From an uncultured Dehalococcoidales bacterium (GTDB taxonomy: Bacteria > Chloroflexota > Dehalococcoidia > GIF9 > AB-539-J10), in the NCBI GenBank assembly GCA_964345725.1, contig CAYFSE010000225.1:1-46464 (forward strand): a stretch of DNA of 46,464 nt, in the 5' to 3' direction. Each line of letters starts with the position of its first letter. Positions within the stretch are counted from its first letter, which is position 1. The translations under genes and the position numbers were made by a program. The notes beneath the pieces were generated by a model. The model was not told the origin of the DNA. It saw nothing but the letters and a program-made list of their open reading frames with translations, and made no database searches. Of this stretch, positions 9,783 to 19,204 are shown piece by piece.

Positions 9783-10988
9783 TCAAGATACTGGTCTTTC
9801 CTTAAGCGGCCTGAAACTTATGCCTGACTCCACTCCAGGCAAGGGAGCCACTGGCTCGGTAAGCAAAAACTCGCCCTGCTCTATCCACTTCTTCAAAACA
9901 CTGGCGATTTCTACAGCCTTAGGATAGCTAGACAAAGAACCTGTCGGCACATCTTTGCCTTGAACTTTTATGTGACCGCTCTTGAGGGCAGCGTAGCTGA
10001 CTTCTCCCAGGATACTAGGCTCTCTCTGGGGATAAGCATCGGAATAATCGACAATGGGAGCCAGAATATCAGCATCGCTCACTGCAGTGTAGCGGAGAAC
10101 CTCATCAGAGAGTATAGGAATCGGGACGCCTATGCCTACGGTCAATGTGCAGCCATAACCGAGCATGCTTGTTCCGACCAACCACTCCGGCCTCATCTGC
10201 TTCAAATCCCCAATCACAGCCAGTGTCCCGGCGCCTTCCCGCGGTACGCCATTATCCCCCCTGCGAGCAGTCGGGTTATGCTGGGTGCCGTGCCAGGCCA
10301 CATAGCCTATTCCACCACCCAACAGAATCCTCGTCCCAACTCCAGTAGTCTTGTAGTAAGGGTCATTAAACAACGGCGAGAGCTGCCCTGCACTAGAGTA
10401 GTGAGCGTTTCCCAAATTCGGCCTAAGCACTCCCATATACGTATAGATAACCTTGTCGGAGAGGTTCACTGCTACGTTGTAGTTCTGGTAGGCATTCCTG
10501 ACATCAAACAGAATTGCCTCATTTATGTCCTTAATGTTGATCAGGGTCTCCAGCTTCTTCCTGGGGTAACAATCCGTTCCATAAGCGCTGGCTGTTAGCC
10601 TTATGTCTTTTCCCGCCACCAGTTCCTGTATTACGTATCCGCCACCATAGTTGAATTCCCCGGGATAGAACTTATTTCTGGGGTCGTCATCGGGAAGAGC
10701 AGTTGCCCCGATGAAAACATCCACAGCAGCTACGCCCGTATAGACCGGAACATCGTTGAGGTAGACCTTGCCGCCGCCCAGTTTTATCCTGGGCTTGGAG
10801 TGTCCGATATTGAGAAAGGCACCTGAGGAGCACATTGGACCGAAGGTGCCGGTGGTAACGACATCGATTTCCTCGGCTGCCTTGCGTATGCCCTTTTCCC
10901 TAGCGACGTCGATCACTTCTTCTGCGGTCACCACCACAGCCTTACCCTTTCTTATCTTCTCGTTGATTTCAGCTATCGTCTTTGACAT
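9783..10988 (-). CDS. COG1900/DUF39 homocysteine biosynthesis protein (MA1821-type, without CBS domains)
   Basis: 401 aa, beginning MSKTIAEINEKIRKGKAVVVTAEE... It is adjacent to the NIL-ferredoxin gene, which is the canonical pairing. Confidence 0.8.
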   Translation of the reverse strand: MSKTIAEINEKIRKGKAVVVTAEEVIDVAREKGIRKAAEEIDVVTTGTFGPMCSSGAFLNIGHSKPRIKLGGGKVYLNDVPVYTGVAAVDVFIGATALPDDDPRNKFYPGEFNYGGGYVIQELVAGKDIRLTASAYGTDCYPRKKLETLINIKDINEAILFDVRNAYQNYNVAVNLSDKVIYTYMGVLRPNLGNAHYSSAGQLSPLFNDPYYKTTGVGTRILLGGGIGYVAWHGTQHNPTARRGDNGVPREGAGTLAVIGDLKQMRPEWLVGTSMLGYGCTLTVGIGVPIPILSDEVLRYTAVSDADILAPIVDYSDAYPQREPSILGEVSYAALKSGHIKVQGKDVPTGSLSSYPKAVEIASVLKKWIEQGEFLLTEPVAPLPGVESGISFRPLKERPVS

Positions 10989-10995
10989 GGCGAAT

Positions 10996-11775
10996 CTAGC
11001 CCTGCTTCAATGATTTCATAGCCACTCGGGCAGCCTTTCTACCGGACAAAAGCATACCGCCAAAAATGGCGCCCATCCTCGGAGAACCGAAAACGGCGTT
11101 CGCTGTCATACCGGCCACCACCAACCCGGGATAGACTTCCCTGGTATTTCTCAGTATTTCCTTCTCGCCTCTCTCAGCCCACATGGACTTCTCTCCCATA
11201 ACTTCACCGGTCTTCGTCCTCAACTTCGGACCTACCTTCCTTACCACGATAGAACAGACTTCGGCATCATGCCCGGTGGCATCTACAGCCAGCTTGCACC
11301 TCACTGTCAAGGGATCCACATGGAGTTTCGACGAGGAGACGGCACTCCAATTCAAAACAAGCCCCGCTATCCTGTCCCCCTCCCGAATCATCACATCTTC
11401 GACGCTAATCAAATTGAAGATGTTCGTCCCGGCCTTTATAGCCCTGGAGCAGATAGCGGAAATAGCCTCCAGAGAATCAGCCACGTGGTACCCTTTACGG
11501 TATTCTCTGGTTGCTACATCAAACTCATCCAGTATCCGCTTGCCCTCGTCTTGAACGACGATGCGGTTGAACATCATTCCTCCACCGGACATACCGCCGC
11601 CAACACGAAGTTGTCTTTCAAACACCACCGCCTTTATTCCCTCTTTCGTCAGGTAGTAAGCAGTAACCAGTCCGGCCGGTCCTGCCCCGGCTATAGCAAC
11701 ATCAGTCTCCATAGCTCCCATGAAGTCCTTCATGTAGCTTTCCACAATGGCACGGGAGATAATGACTTCGTCCAT
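10996..11775 (-). CDS. thi4: Thi4-type thiazole synthase, archaeal/catalytic (sulfide-using) type
   Basis: Dinucleotide-binding motif DVAIAGAGPAG, then GGGMSGGGMMF and GEKSMWAERGE. DATGHDA carries His where fungal suicide Thi4 has Cys. Confidence 0.85.
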   Translation of the reverse strand: MDEVIISRAIVESYMKDFMGAMETDVAIAGAGPAGLVTAYYLTKEGIKAVVFERQLRVGGGMSGGGMMFNRIVVQDEGKRILDEFDVATREYRKGYHVADSLEAISAICSRAIKAGTNIFNLISVEDVMIREGDRIAGLVLNWSAVSSSKLHVDPLTVRCKLAVDATGHDAEVCSIVVRKVGPKLRTKTGEVMGEKSMWAERGEKEILRNTREVYPGLVVAGMTANAVFGSPRMGAIFGGMLLSGRKAARVAMKSLKQG

Positions 11776-12085
11776 AATCCTAGCGTCTAAATCCTGGGCA
11801 AATTCCAGGCCCTAACTGCAAACTTCACGACCCTCTTGCTTTGGGCGCTACAGTTCTGAGCTTCAATGTTGGTCGGCATCTTGTATTCAGTGCTTGGAGT
11901 TTCCTCCTCTTAGTCGCCCTCCCTTTAGCTACAAGAGCAGCAGCTTTGAAGACGTGCCACCTAGTATACCGGCATCGTCAGGCAATGTCTAGCCACTTAA
12001 GAGGTTCTGGGCACTCTAAATCATTTCTCATTTGTCGTTGTGAGTACCTGAAAGATATGCAATAATTTCCGCACGCCTCCACCGG

Positions 12086-12150
12086 GATTGCTTTGGTTGA
12101 CTTCGTCAGTCTCTCGTGAAGACTCGGTGGGGATTTCATAGCCCGCGAAG
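12086..12150. repeat. Copy of a short dispersed GATTGC...CTCGYRAAGAC repeat element
   Basis: GATTGC (12086) is followed 27 nt later by CTCGTGAAGAC, then AAGACTCGG...ATAGC. The same architecture occurs at 44072-44108 and 44330-44350. Confidence 0.3.
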
Positions 12151-12181
12151 CTCGGAAATCTCTGTGACAGCGGCACCTGCT

Positions 12182-13816
12182 CTAAGGCTTGTGGTGCTCA
12201 ATTATGTTCTGCGGTATTACAAGAGGCTTCGTGCCGTTGTATGCAAAGTTCCAGCAACCGTACTGATCAGTCAAGGCCTCATCGTATTGGTCCCCGAAAT
12301 CCATGGGCCAGACGCCAACCTTCTTCCATTCACCAACCGTCTCATTGCCAACCCACTGCCACTGGGCGCCAATGCCCGTCAACAAACCAGGACCGTAGGC
12401 CAGGTCGTGAGTCGTATGCGCCGGCATTGTCCAATCCTTCGGATCATACGTATACGTATAGTTGTAGCTACCGAGATCATACAGCGACCGCACCTGAGCC
12501 TCACTGAGTGCTGGCTTCCCAGCCGCCGTGGTCTCCGGCCTGGGATAATAGGCAGTCAAGCCGGTCGTGGCCACTTGAGCATTTGCCGGGTCTTCCAGCC
12601 ACTGAATAATGTCATCAGCGTCCGCGTATGCAGTACCATTCACAGCATCGTACGACGCCACCGCTTCGATAGCCTTCTGCAGACCCAGAAGAGCATCATA
12701 GGTAGCAGCTACATAGAGTGGGTACTCTCCTGAGGTAGAATTCGTGAACACGGTAAGGAAATCTCCCGTCTTCTCGGTTTGCTCTAACCCATCCGCCCAA
12801 GTATCCAGCAGAACTTCATAAGCACAGGCAGGGCCACCAGGGGGAGCTGTAGTAAGGTTACCAGCACCCCAAGGGCTCTTAAGCTGGGCCATCACGTTAA
12901 TGCCCACCGACATAGCATTCGGTGCATAAGACCACCGCAGCACGTCATAGAGAGCACCGGCATCGGCCGATAATATTGGGATGATAAACTGGGGATCCAA
13001 GGCTCCTGTCGAGTTCAGCGCATTCTCAATCTCCACTGAGCTTCCCACCGCATCTACCCAATATGGGACGTGGACAAGATTCACGTTTATACCATCTAGC
13101 AGTTCCTTGATGACTATTACTTGCTCATAGGCCCATGCCAGATTGTCAGCAATTATGGTGGCATTCAGCGCATAATCAGATGCTACTCCCATTTGCTCTC
13201 TCAGCTTCGCTGCAACGGCTCCCAGTATCCTAACAACGCTCTGCCCCATGAAATACTCATTGTATGGCGTGCCCTTGAACCAGAATCGGTAACCCGCATA
13301 ATCGTCGACTACGCTGTGCTGTAGTGTCTCTGCGGCAGCACCACAGTCGATGAAAATCACGCCCTTCTCTATAGCCACATCTCGGTAGACCTCAACCGCT
13401 TCTGTTCGGAAACCGCCTAGGATGAAGTCCACGTCATCTATCGCTGCCGTAAGAGCCGACACGCCGGTGAGACCAGTGGGATCCACGGTTTCTTCGCCGG
13501 TCTCTATGGCAACCAACCCCAAAACATGAGACACGCCGTCTATATCTACCCCACCTTTGCGGTTGATTGCCTCCTGTGCCAGCGTGGCGCCTGTCCATTG
13601 CATCGCACCAGCCGTGGCGTTCAGTTCCCCGATTATCCCGATGTTAATCTTCCCATCCTCGAAGACATAGCGCACTGGCTCGGGTCTCACTCCACCACAG
13701 GCCGGTAGTACGAGCCCTATCAGCAGAAGACTGGCCATAATCAGGAAGACGATTCTCTTCACTGCGTACCAACCTTCTTGGTCTGCGGCTTCTTCAATTT
13801 CACGAGAGCCCACCAC
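12182..13816 (-). CDS. ABC transporter substrate-binding lipoprotein, Leu/Ile/Val-binding (type I periplasmic binding protein) family. No cognate permease or ATPase is nearby.
   Basis: Signal/lipobox LLLIGLVLPAC, then INIGIIGELNATAG...AQEAINRKGGV. The true start may be the internal GTG at 13762. Confidence 0.8.
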   Translation of the reverse strand: MVGSREIEEAADQEGWYAVKRIVFLIMASLLLIGLVLPACGGVRPEPVRYVFEDGKINIGIIGELNATAGAMQWTGATLAQEAINRKGGVDIDGVSHVLGLVAIETGEETVDPTGLTGVSALTAAIDDVDFILGGFRTEAVEVYRDVAIEKGVIFIDCGAAAETLQHSVVDDYAGYRFWFKGTPYNEYFMGQSVVRILGAVAAKLREQMGVASDYALNATIIADNLAWAYEQVIVIKELLDGINVNLVHVPYWVDAVGSSVEIENALNSTGALDPQFIIPILSADAGALYDVLRWSYAPNAMSVGINVMAQLKSPWGAGNLTTAPPGGPACAYEVLLDTWADGLEQTEKTGDFLTVFTNSTSGEYPLYVAATYDALLGLQKAIEAVASYDAVNGTAYADADDIIQWLEDPANAQVATTGLTAYYPRPETTAAGKPALSEAQVRSLYDLGSYNYTYTYDPKDWTMPAHTTHDLAYGPGLLTGIGAQWQWVGNETVGEWKKVGVWPMDFGDQYDEALTDQYGCWNFAYNGTKPLVIPQNIIEHHKP

Positions 13817-14156
13817 CGATGCTGGAAGAAACCAGCCAACAACCAGCTACCTCCAGCAACTTAATCTCTACATACTATATCACAGGACGATCTCTTTTCT
13901 TGGTCTCCTGGTCCTCAAATTCTTGCAGTTACCTGATTGATCAGTCGCGCTCGTGAACGCTTTGCGTTTTGAGTCGTCATTTTGACATCCGATCTCTGAA
14001 TTGTAACATGTAAATGCTAAAATCCCGTTAAGATTTGAGAAAATATGGCAACTCCAAAGTGGGCTGGAGGTAAGAAAGCGAGGCATATAGCCTAGCTTGT
14101 TTTCTCCCTTCAAAAGAGAGGGATCCCCAGGGAGATTCTGGGTCGCACTGTAGTAA

Positions 14157-15524
14157 CTACCTCTTAGTATACTTCCATCTTGTTCCCTGAGGCGTATCTT
14201 CAAGGGTTACCCCTAAATCGGCTAGTCCTCTTCTAATTTTGTCAGCTAGCTGCCACTGCTGCTCTTGACGCAGATCATCCCTGATAGATGCCAGGAGACT
14301 GACAAATGATTCTGCGTCGGGTGTGGCCTGCACCTTCTCCTTCAAGGTTAGACCCAAGACGCCTGCTAGCTTCAACAGGGTATGCTGTGCTTCTGTTACG
14401 TTCAGACCTTCTTCAGTGCCTCGATTGATTTCCTTCGCCAGTTCGAAGAGGACGGCAATTGCCTGCGCAGTATTGAAGTCGTCGTCCATGGCTTCGACAA
14501 ATTTCTGCTCAAAGGGCTGCGCGTCGAGTATGCCAAGTTCCAGGTCTGCCTTAGTTCGATGAGTCAATGCCCAACGTAATCTTTCTGCGCCATTCTCGTT
14601 TGCTTCCAGAGCCTCTTCACTATAAGTTAGCGGATTCCTGTAATTCGAGCTAAGGATAAAAAGGCGAATAGCATCAGAGCTAAAGCGGTTTAGAGCGTCC
14701 TTGATGCTCACCAAATTACCTGTACTCTTACTCATTTTTTCCTTGTCATGCTGCATTAACCCATTATGCAGCCAGTATCGGACAAAAGGAGTCTCCTGGG
14801 TAAAAGCTTCTGATTGCGCTATTTCATTCTCGTGATGAGGAAAGACGAGGTCTTGCCCGCCACCATGAATATCAATAGTCTCGCCCAAATACTTTAGCGC
14901 CATCGCACTGCATTCTATATGCCACCCTGGCCTACCCTTCCCCCAAGGACTCTCCCAAAAGGGCTCACCGGGCTTTGATGCCTTCCACAAGGCAAAATCT
15001 AACGGATATTCCTTCTTTTCTTCATAGGTGCTAGCTTTAGGAATCATCTCCTGCAGGTTCCGGCGACTTAGTTTGCCGTAGCTGGGAAAATCCCTGACGC
15101 GAAAGTAAACACTTCCCTCAGATTCGTAAGCGTGCCCTTTAGCAAGCAGACCTTGTATGATTTCGATAACTTTTGGTATTTCTTCGGTTGCCCTGGGATA
15201 GAGATCGGCTCGCCCTATATCTAATGCATCCATGTTAGCAAAGTACTGGTCCGTGTATTTATTGGCCAGATCCACCGGCGGTATCTCCAACTCATTAGCA
15301 CGGTCTATAATCTTGTCGTCTATGTCGGTAAAGTTTTGTACGTGTTTAACTTCATAGCCTTTGAATCTCAGATAACGCTTGATTACATCGAAGATTATAT
15401 AAGTCATGGCATGACCGATATGGCTTTCGTCATAAGCGGTAATGCCACATACATACATGCTCACCACTCGGTCGCGAGGGTGAAAATCTTCCTTTTGTCC
15501 GGTCAAAGTATTGAATATTCTCAT
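14157..15524 (-). CDS. cysS: Cysteine--tRNA ligase
   Basis: HIGH-type motif SHIGHAMTY, a KMSKS motif and CGITAYD. 455 aa. Confidence 0.95.
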   Translation of the reverse strand: MRIFNTLTGQKEDFHPRDRVVSMYVCGITAYDESHIGHAMTYIIFDVIKRYLRFKGYEVKHVQNFTDIDDKIIDRANELEIPPVDLANKYTDQYFANMDALDIGRADLYPRATEEIPKVIEIIQGLLAKGHAYESEGSVYFRVRDFPSYGKLSRRNLQEMIPKASTYEEKKEYPLDFALWKASKPGEPFWESPWGKGRPGWHIECSAMALKYLGETIDIHGGGQDLVFPHHENEIAQSEAFTQETPFVRYWLHNGLMQHDKEKMSKSTGNLVSIKDALNRFSSDAIRLFILSSNYRNPLTYSEEALEANENGAERLRWALTHRTKADLELGILDAQPFEQKFVEAMDDDFNTAQAIAVLFELAKEINRGTEEGLNVTEAQHTLLKLAGVLGLTLKEKVQATPDAESFVSLLASIRDDLRQEQQWQLADKIRRGLADLGVTLEDTPQGTRWKYTKR

Positions 15525-15607
15525 TTTCTTTTCTGTGGCGGGCGGCCGAAGACTGTCTCACTCTTATTCATGGAATAATATCTCAAGTCGGCTAGGTTTT
15601 CAAAGAC

Positions 15608-15636
15608 TTGACAAGCTTATCGAACCGCGTTAGTAT
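15608..15636 (+). promoter_or_regulatory. Sigma70-like promoter candidate for the Rrf2/cys operon
   Basis: TTGACA (15608-15613), a 17-nt spacer, then TAGTAT (15631-15636). TTGACAA and TTGTCAA form an inverted pair flanking it (15608 and 15654). Confidence 0.4.
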
Positions 15637-15678
15637 GCACAAAGTTGATTAGTTTTGTCAACAATCGCTGAGGATTCG

Positions 15679-16122
15679 ATGAAACTTTCTACCAAAGGTA
15701 GATATGGAATGAGGGCACTTCTGGATTTGGCTCTTCACCAAGGCGAGGGGTTGGTTCTCCTAAAGGACATTGCACGGAGGCAAGAGGTTTCGCTGCCGTA
15801 TCTGGAGCACTTGATCGCTCCTCTTATAGCTGCTGGCTTGGTGAAGAGTACACGAGGGGCTCGGGGTGGTGTCCTGTTACTTAGATCACCCTCGCAGATC
15901 AAGCTAATTGAGATTATTCAACTTCTTGAGGGCTCTATTGCCCCGGTGGACTGTGTGAATGACCCCAAGGTATGCCACCGTTCTGGCTCTTGTGTCACCC
16001 GGGATATCTGGATTGAGATGAAGATGGCGATGAGTCGAGTTTTGGATTCTACGACCCTACAGGATCTGGTTGACCGGCAAAGACAGAAGGGGCAAATTGA
16101 GACAGGGATGTATTACATTTGA
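15679..16122 (+). CDS. Rrf2-family transcriptional regulator (IscR/CymR-like) with a three-Cys cluster-ligand motif
   Basis: MKLSTKGRYGMRALLDLA gives the wHTH N-terminus. CVNDPKVCHRSGSC has C-x6-C-x5-C spacing as in Fe-S-binding Rrf2 proteins. It is divergent from cysS and heads the cysK operon. Confidence 0.85.
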   Translation: MKLSTKGRYGMRALLDLALHQGEGLVLLKDIARRQEVSLPYLEHLIAPLIAAGLVKSTRGARGGVLLLRSPSQIKLIEIIQLLEGSIAPVDCVNDPKVCHRSGSCVTRDIWIEMKMAMSRVLDSTTLQDLVDRQRQKGQIETGMYYI

Positions 16123-16288
16123 GCATGGTTTGTCCCGGGATACGAAAAGGCGTTGGAAATTATGGAGAAAGCACGAGGTCGAGAGGGCGATGCTGAAGAC
16201 CCGGGCGACTTTGAGCAAGGTCGTAAGAAGTCGGTTCAGGCCGTGAGGGATTGCCTCGAGATTGGTCTGAATGGCGAAGGAGATTGAA

Positions 16289-16453
16289 ATGATGGATACG
16301 AAAGCTAATAAGAATGCGGAGAAGTGCCCGACTTGCGGGAAACCACTGTCGAAGGTGGGTCTCACTGGCAGGTTTAGGTGCTCTAATCCAGAGTGTCTGG
16401 TAATTTTTGTAAGGAGGGATGATTGTAGAAAGAGTAAGTTTAGAAGCAGGTGA
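16289..16453 (+). CDS. Small zinc-ribbon protein (hypothetical)
   Basis: An AAGGAG SD lies 5 nt before the ATGATG start. The product contains CPTCG...CSNPEC. There is no other support. Confidence 0.35.
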   Translation: MMDTKANKNAEKCPTCGKPLSKVGLTGRFRCSNPECLVIFVRRDDCRKSKFRSR

Positions 16454-16548
16454 AGAGGATGAGGATGATAATGCGGTTGACAAAACATGTCTAGGAATGG
16501 GATAGGCATCTTGTTGATTATTGCGCTTATGATCAGGAGGAAAACAAA

Positions 16549-17562
16549 ATGGCAAAGATAACCCAAAATATGGAGAGGCGTAAATACAAGACAGTGGAAA
16601 TACCGAAGCTAACCAGAGGGATAGCCAGGGACTCTAGCGAGTTAATCGGGAATACACCCTTGGTCAGGCTGAACCGAGTGACTGAAGGAGCGAAGGCAGA
16701 GGTAGTGGCTAAGCTTGAATCCTTTAATCCCCTGGGAAGTGTAAAGGACAGAATCGGCGTATCAATGATTGTCAATGCTGAAGAAAAGGGGCTCATTAAC
16801 AAAGATACGGTGATTGTAGAGCCCACCAGCGGCAACACTGGAATTGCCCTGGCCTTCGTCTGCGCTGCCAGGGGATACCGGCTCATCCTCACCATGCCTG
16901 ATACCATGTCCTTAGAGCGAAGGCAGCTTCTCTCTATCTTCGGTGCCGAGCTGGTCTTGACACCTGGTGCGGAAGGGATGCCCGGGGCGGTGAGGGAGGC
17001 GGAACAATTAGTGGCAGAGAATCCCAATTACTTTATACCCCAGCAATTCAACAACCCGGCAAATCCAGAGATACATCGACTGACCACAGCCGAGGAAATC
17101 TGGAGGGATACTGGAGGTGAAGTAGATATCCTGGTCTCCGGCGTAGGAACGGGAGGGACGATCACAGGAGTGGCTGAGGTTATCAAGAAAAGGAAACCTG
17201 AATTCAAGGCCATTGCTGTTGAGCCGACTGACTCCCCAGTTCTTTCGGGAGGCAAGCCTGGTTCTCACAAGATTCAGGGTATTGGTGCAGGATTTATACC
17301 TCAAATTCTCAGGCTAGATCTGGTTGACGAGATTATCAGGGTTGGCAATGAGGATGCCGGAATAATGGCCAGAAGACTGGCCAAAGAAGAGGGGATATTG
17401 GCGGGCATATCTTCAGGTGCCGCAACCTGGGCCGCGTTGGAGGTAGCCAAGAGAGCAGAGAATAGAGGCAAGCTAATCGTGGTCGTTTTACCTGACACGG
17501 GAGAACGCTATCTGTCTACCTGGCTTTTCCAAGAACTTTACGCGGCATCCCCAGCCCCTTAG
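16549..17562 (+). CDS. cysK: Cysteine synthase A (O-acetylserine sulfhydrylase)
   Basis: [21 protein letters not shown] (PLP lysine) and [10 protein letters not shown] motifs. Confidence 0.9.
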   Translation: MAKITQNMERRKYKTVEIPKLTRGIARDSSELIGNTPLVRLNRVTEGAKAEVVAKLESFNPLGSVKDRIGVSMIVNAEEKGLINKDTVIVEPTSGNTGIALAFVCAARGYRLILTMPDTMSLERRQLLSIFGAELVLTPGAEGMPGAVREAEQLVAENPNYFIPQQFNNPANPEIHRLTTAEEIWRDTGGEVDILVSGVGTGGTITGVAEVIKKRKPEFKAIAVEPTDSPVLSGGKPGSHKIQGIGAGFIPQILRLDLVDEIIRVGNEDAGIMARRLAKEEGILAGISSGAATWAALEVAKRAENRGKLIVVVLPDTGERYLSTWLFQELYAASPAP

Positions 17563-17635
17563 TAAACGGAATGTATTACACGCTGAGCTGGAGGAATTCC
17601 CCTCCAGGCCAGCCAAAAGACGAGAGGAGTAGTAA

Positions 17636-18463
17636 ATGAAGTTTTCAGAAATATCCGAGAAACAGATAACGAAGGCGATCGTATCAGAGTTCAGTAGGGA
17701 ATTTGAGGATTACGTCGAAACCGATGTAATCGTAGTAGGTGCTGGACCCAGCGGGCTTGTTGCCTCTAAAGAACTAGCAGAAAAGGGCGTAAAGACGCTC
17801 CTTGTCGAGAGCAACAACTACCTCGGTGGGGGGTTCTGGATCGGTGGGTATCTAATGAACAAGGTCACACTGAGGGCTCCTGCTCAGGGGATTCTGAATG
17901 AAATTGGGGTCCCCTACAAAGAGATGGAAGCGGGATTGTATGTGGCAGATGGACCACACGCATGCTCGAAGCTTATTGCGGCAGCTTGTGACGCCGGCGC
18001 TAAGGTATTGAGCATGACCAGGTTCGATGATGTGGCGATAAGAGAGAACCGTGTCTGCGGGGCAGTCATCAACTGGACGCCTGTGTCGGCACTTCCAAGG
18101 GCGATCACCTGCGTCGACCCAGTCGGTATCGAATCAAAACTTGTGATTGATGCCACAGGGCATGATGCGGCGGTTGTTCGCTCGCTCGAAGAGCGAGGTC
18201 TAATGAACACTAAGGGATTTGGCGGCATGTGGGCTGCGGAATCAGAGGACTCGCTTGTTGAGTATACAAAAGAGGTATACCCAGGCCTGATTGTAGCAGG
18301 AATGGCAGTCGCCACCACGTTTGGTCTTCCCAGAATGGGTCCAACTTTTGGCGCTATGCTCTTCTCAGGGCAAAGAGCTGCAAAAAATGCTCTAGAGCTT
18401 TTATCAAAGGAACAGTCCTTAATCGGCATTACTTCTTCAGAAGTATCTGCTCGCAAGAGCTAG
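17636..18463 (+). CDS. Divergent Thi4-family paralog embedded in the cysteine operon
   Basis: [24 protein letters not shown] and [10 protein letters not shown] (His, not Cys) motifs. It is clearly homologous to ORF 10996-11775 but strongly diverged from it. Confidence 0.8.
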   Translation: MKFSEISEKQITKAIVSEFSREFEDYVETDVIVVGAGPSGLVASKELAEKGVKTLLVESNNYLGGGFWIGGYLMNKVTLRAPAQGILNEIGVPYKEMEAGLYVADGPHACSKLIAAACDAGAKVLSMTRFDDVAIRENRVCGAVINWTPVSALPRAITCVDPVGIESKLVIDATGHDAAVVRSLEERGLMNTKGFGGMWAAESEDSLVEYTKEVYPGLIVAGMAVATTFGLPRMGPTFGAMLFSGQRAAKNALELLSKEQSLIGITSSEVSARKS

Positions 18464-19204
18464 GTGACAGGTAACAGGGAACTCCGATCAATGTTCAGGA
18501 CTCTAAGAGAAGATATTCAAACGATTTTCGCCAAAGACCCTGCAGCGCGGAGTACCCTGGAGGTCGTCTTTTTCTATCCTGGTCTCCATGCCCTCTGGTC
18601 TCATCGTGTCGCCCACTTCTTTTGGAGACACAGGCTCCAGTTCCTGGCTCGTCTCCTTTCTCACATCAATCGCTTCTTAACAGGCATTGAAATTCATCCC
18701 GGAGCCAAAATCGGCAAGAGGTTCTTCATCGACCATGGAGCAGGAGTAGTCATTGGGGAGACTGCCGAGATTGGAGACGATGTGTTGTTGTACCAAGGGG
18801 TTGTCCTGGGCGGAACAACTTTGAGGAAAGGCAAACGCCACCCCACCATCGGCAATAGCGTGGTGATGGGAACCGGGGCAGTAGCCCTGGGTGCCGTCAC
18901 GATAGGAGACGAGGCCAAGATTGGTGCTGGCTCAGTGGTAGTAAAGTCAGTGCCGCCTGGGGCTACGGTGGTAGGGATTCCAGGAAGGATAGCGGGGGAC
19001 CACCGGAAACCGCTCACGGATTTGGAACATGGTAACTTACCTGATCCCGTAGCAGAAGCTGTCAGGTTTGTGCTAAGAGAGCAAGTCAAAATAGAAGAAC
19101 GTTTGAAGATTCTAGAGAGTACCAGTGGCATAGCGTCTCCCAGAGACGAACTGGGAGAGCGAGTAACGGTAGAAGCGCTATTCAGCCAGGGAGGCGGAAT
19201 ATGA
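18464..19204 (+). CDS. cysE: Serine O-acetyltransferase
   Basis: DPAARS...[18 protein letters not shown]-terminal SATase helices, followed by hexapeptide repeats ([31 protein letters not shown]). An alternative start is ATG 18491. Confidence 0.9.
   Translation: MTGNRELRSMFRTLREDIQTIFAKDPAARSTLEVVFFYPGLHALWSHRVAHFFWRHRLQFLARLLSHINRFLTGIEIHPGAKIGKRFFIDHGAGVVIGETAEIGDDVLLYQGVVLGGTTLRKGKRHPTIGNSVVMGTGAVALGAVTIGDEAKIGAGSVVVKSVPPGATVVGIPGRIAGDHRKPLTDLEHGNLPDPVAEAVRFVLREQVKIEERLKILESTSGIASPRDELGERVTVEALFSQGGGI

Noticed and set aside
9960-10598. A 212-aa plus-strand ORF. Similar cases are 16057-16566, 16533-17027, 17914-18456, 18694-19131 and 35813-36352.
   Set aside because: All overlap well-supported genes on the opposite strand or in another frame, and all lack motifs. 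I treat them as shadow ORFs.
11776-12181. A possible TPP (THI-box) or SAM riboswitch in the 400-nt region upstream of thi4.
   Set aside because: I read the minus strand for the CUGAGA / ACCUGAUCUGGAUAAUGCCAGCG cores. Only loose fragments appear (TGAGAA..., CCTGACGATGCCGG...), in the wrong spacing. No SAM-I core is present. An Infernal scan would be needed to overturn this.
15525-15654. A T-box leader upstream of cysS.
   Set aside because: Only about 130 nt are available, and they are shared with the divergent Rrf2 promoter. That is too short for a T-box, and no T-box sequence (AAxxGGGTGGTACCGCG-like) is visible.
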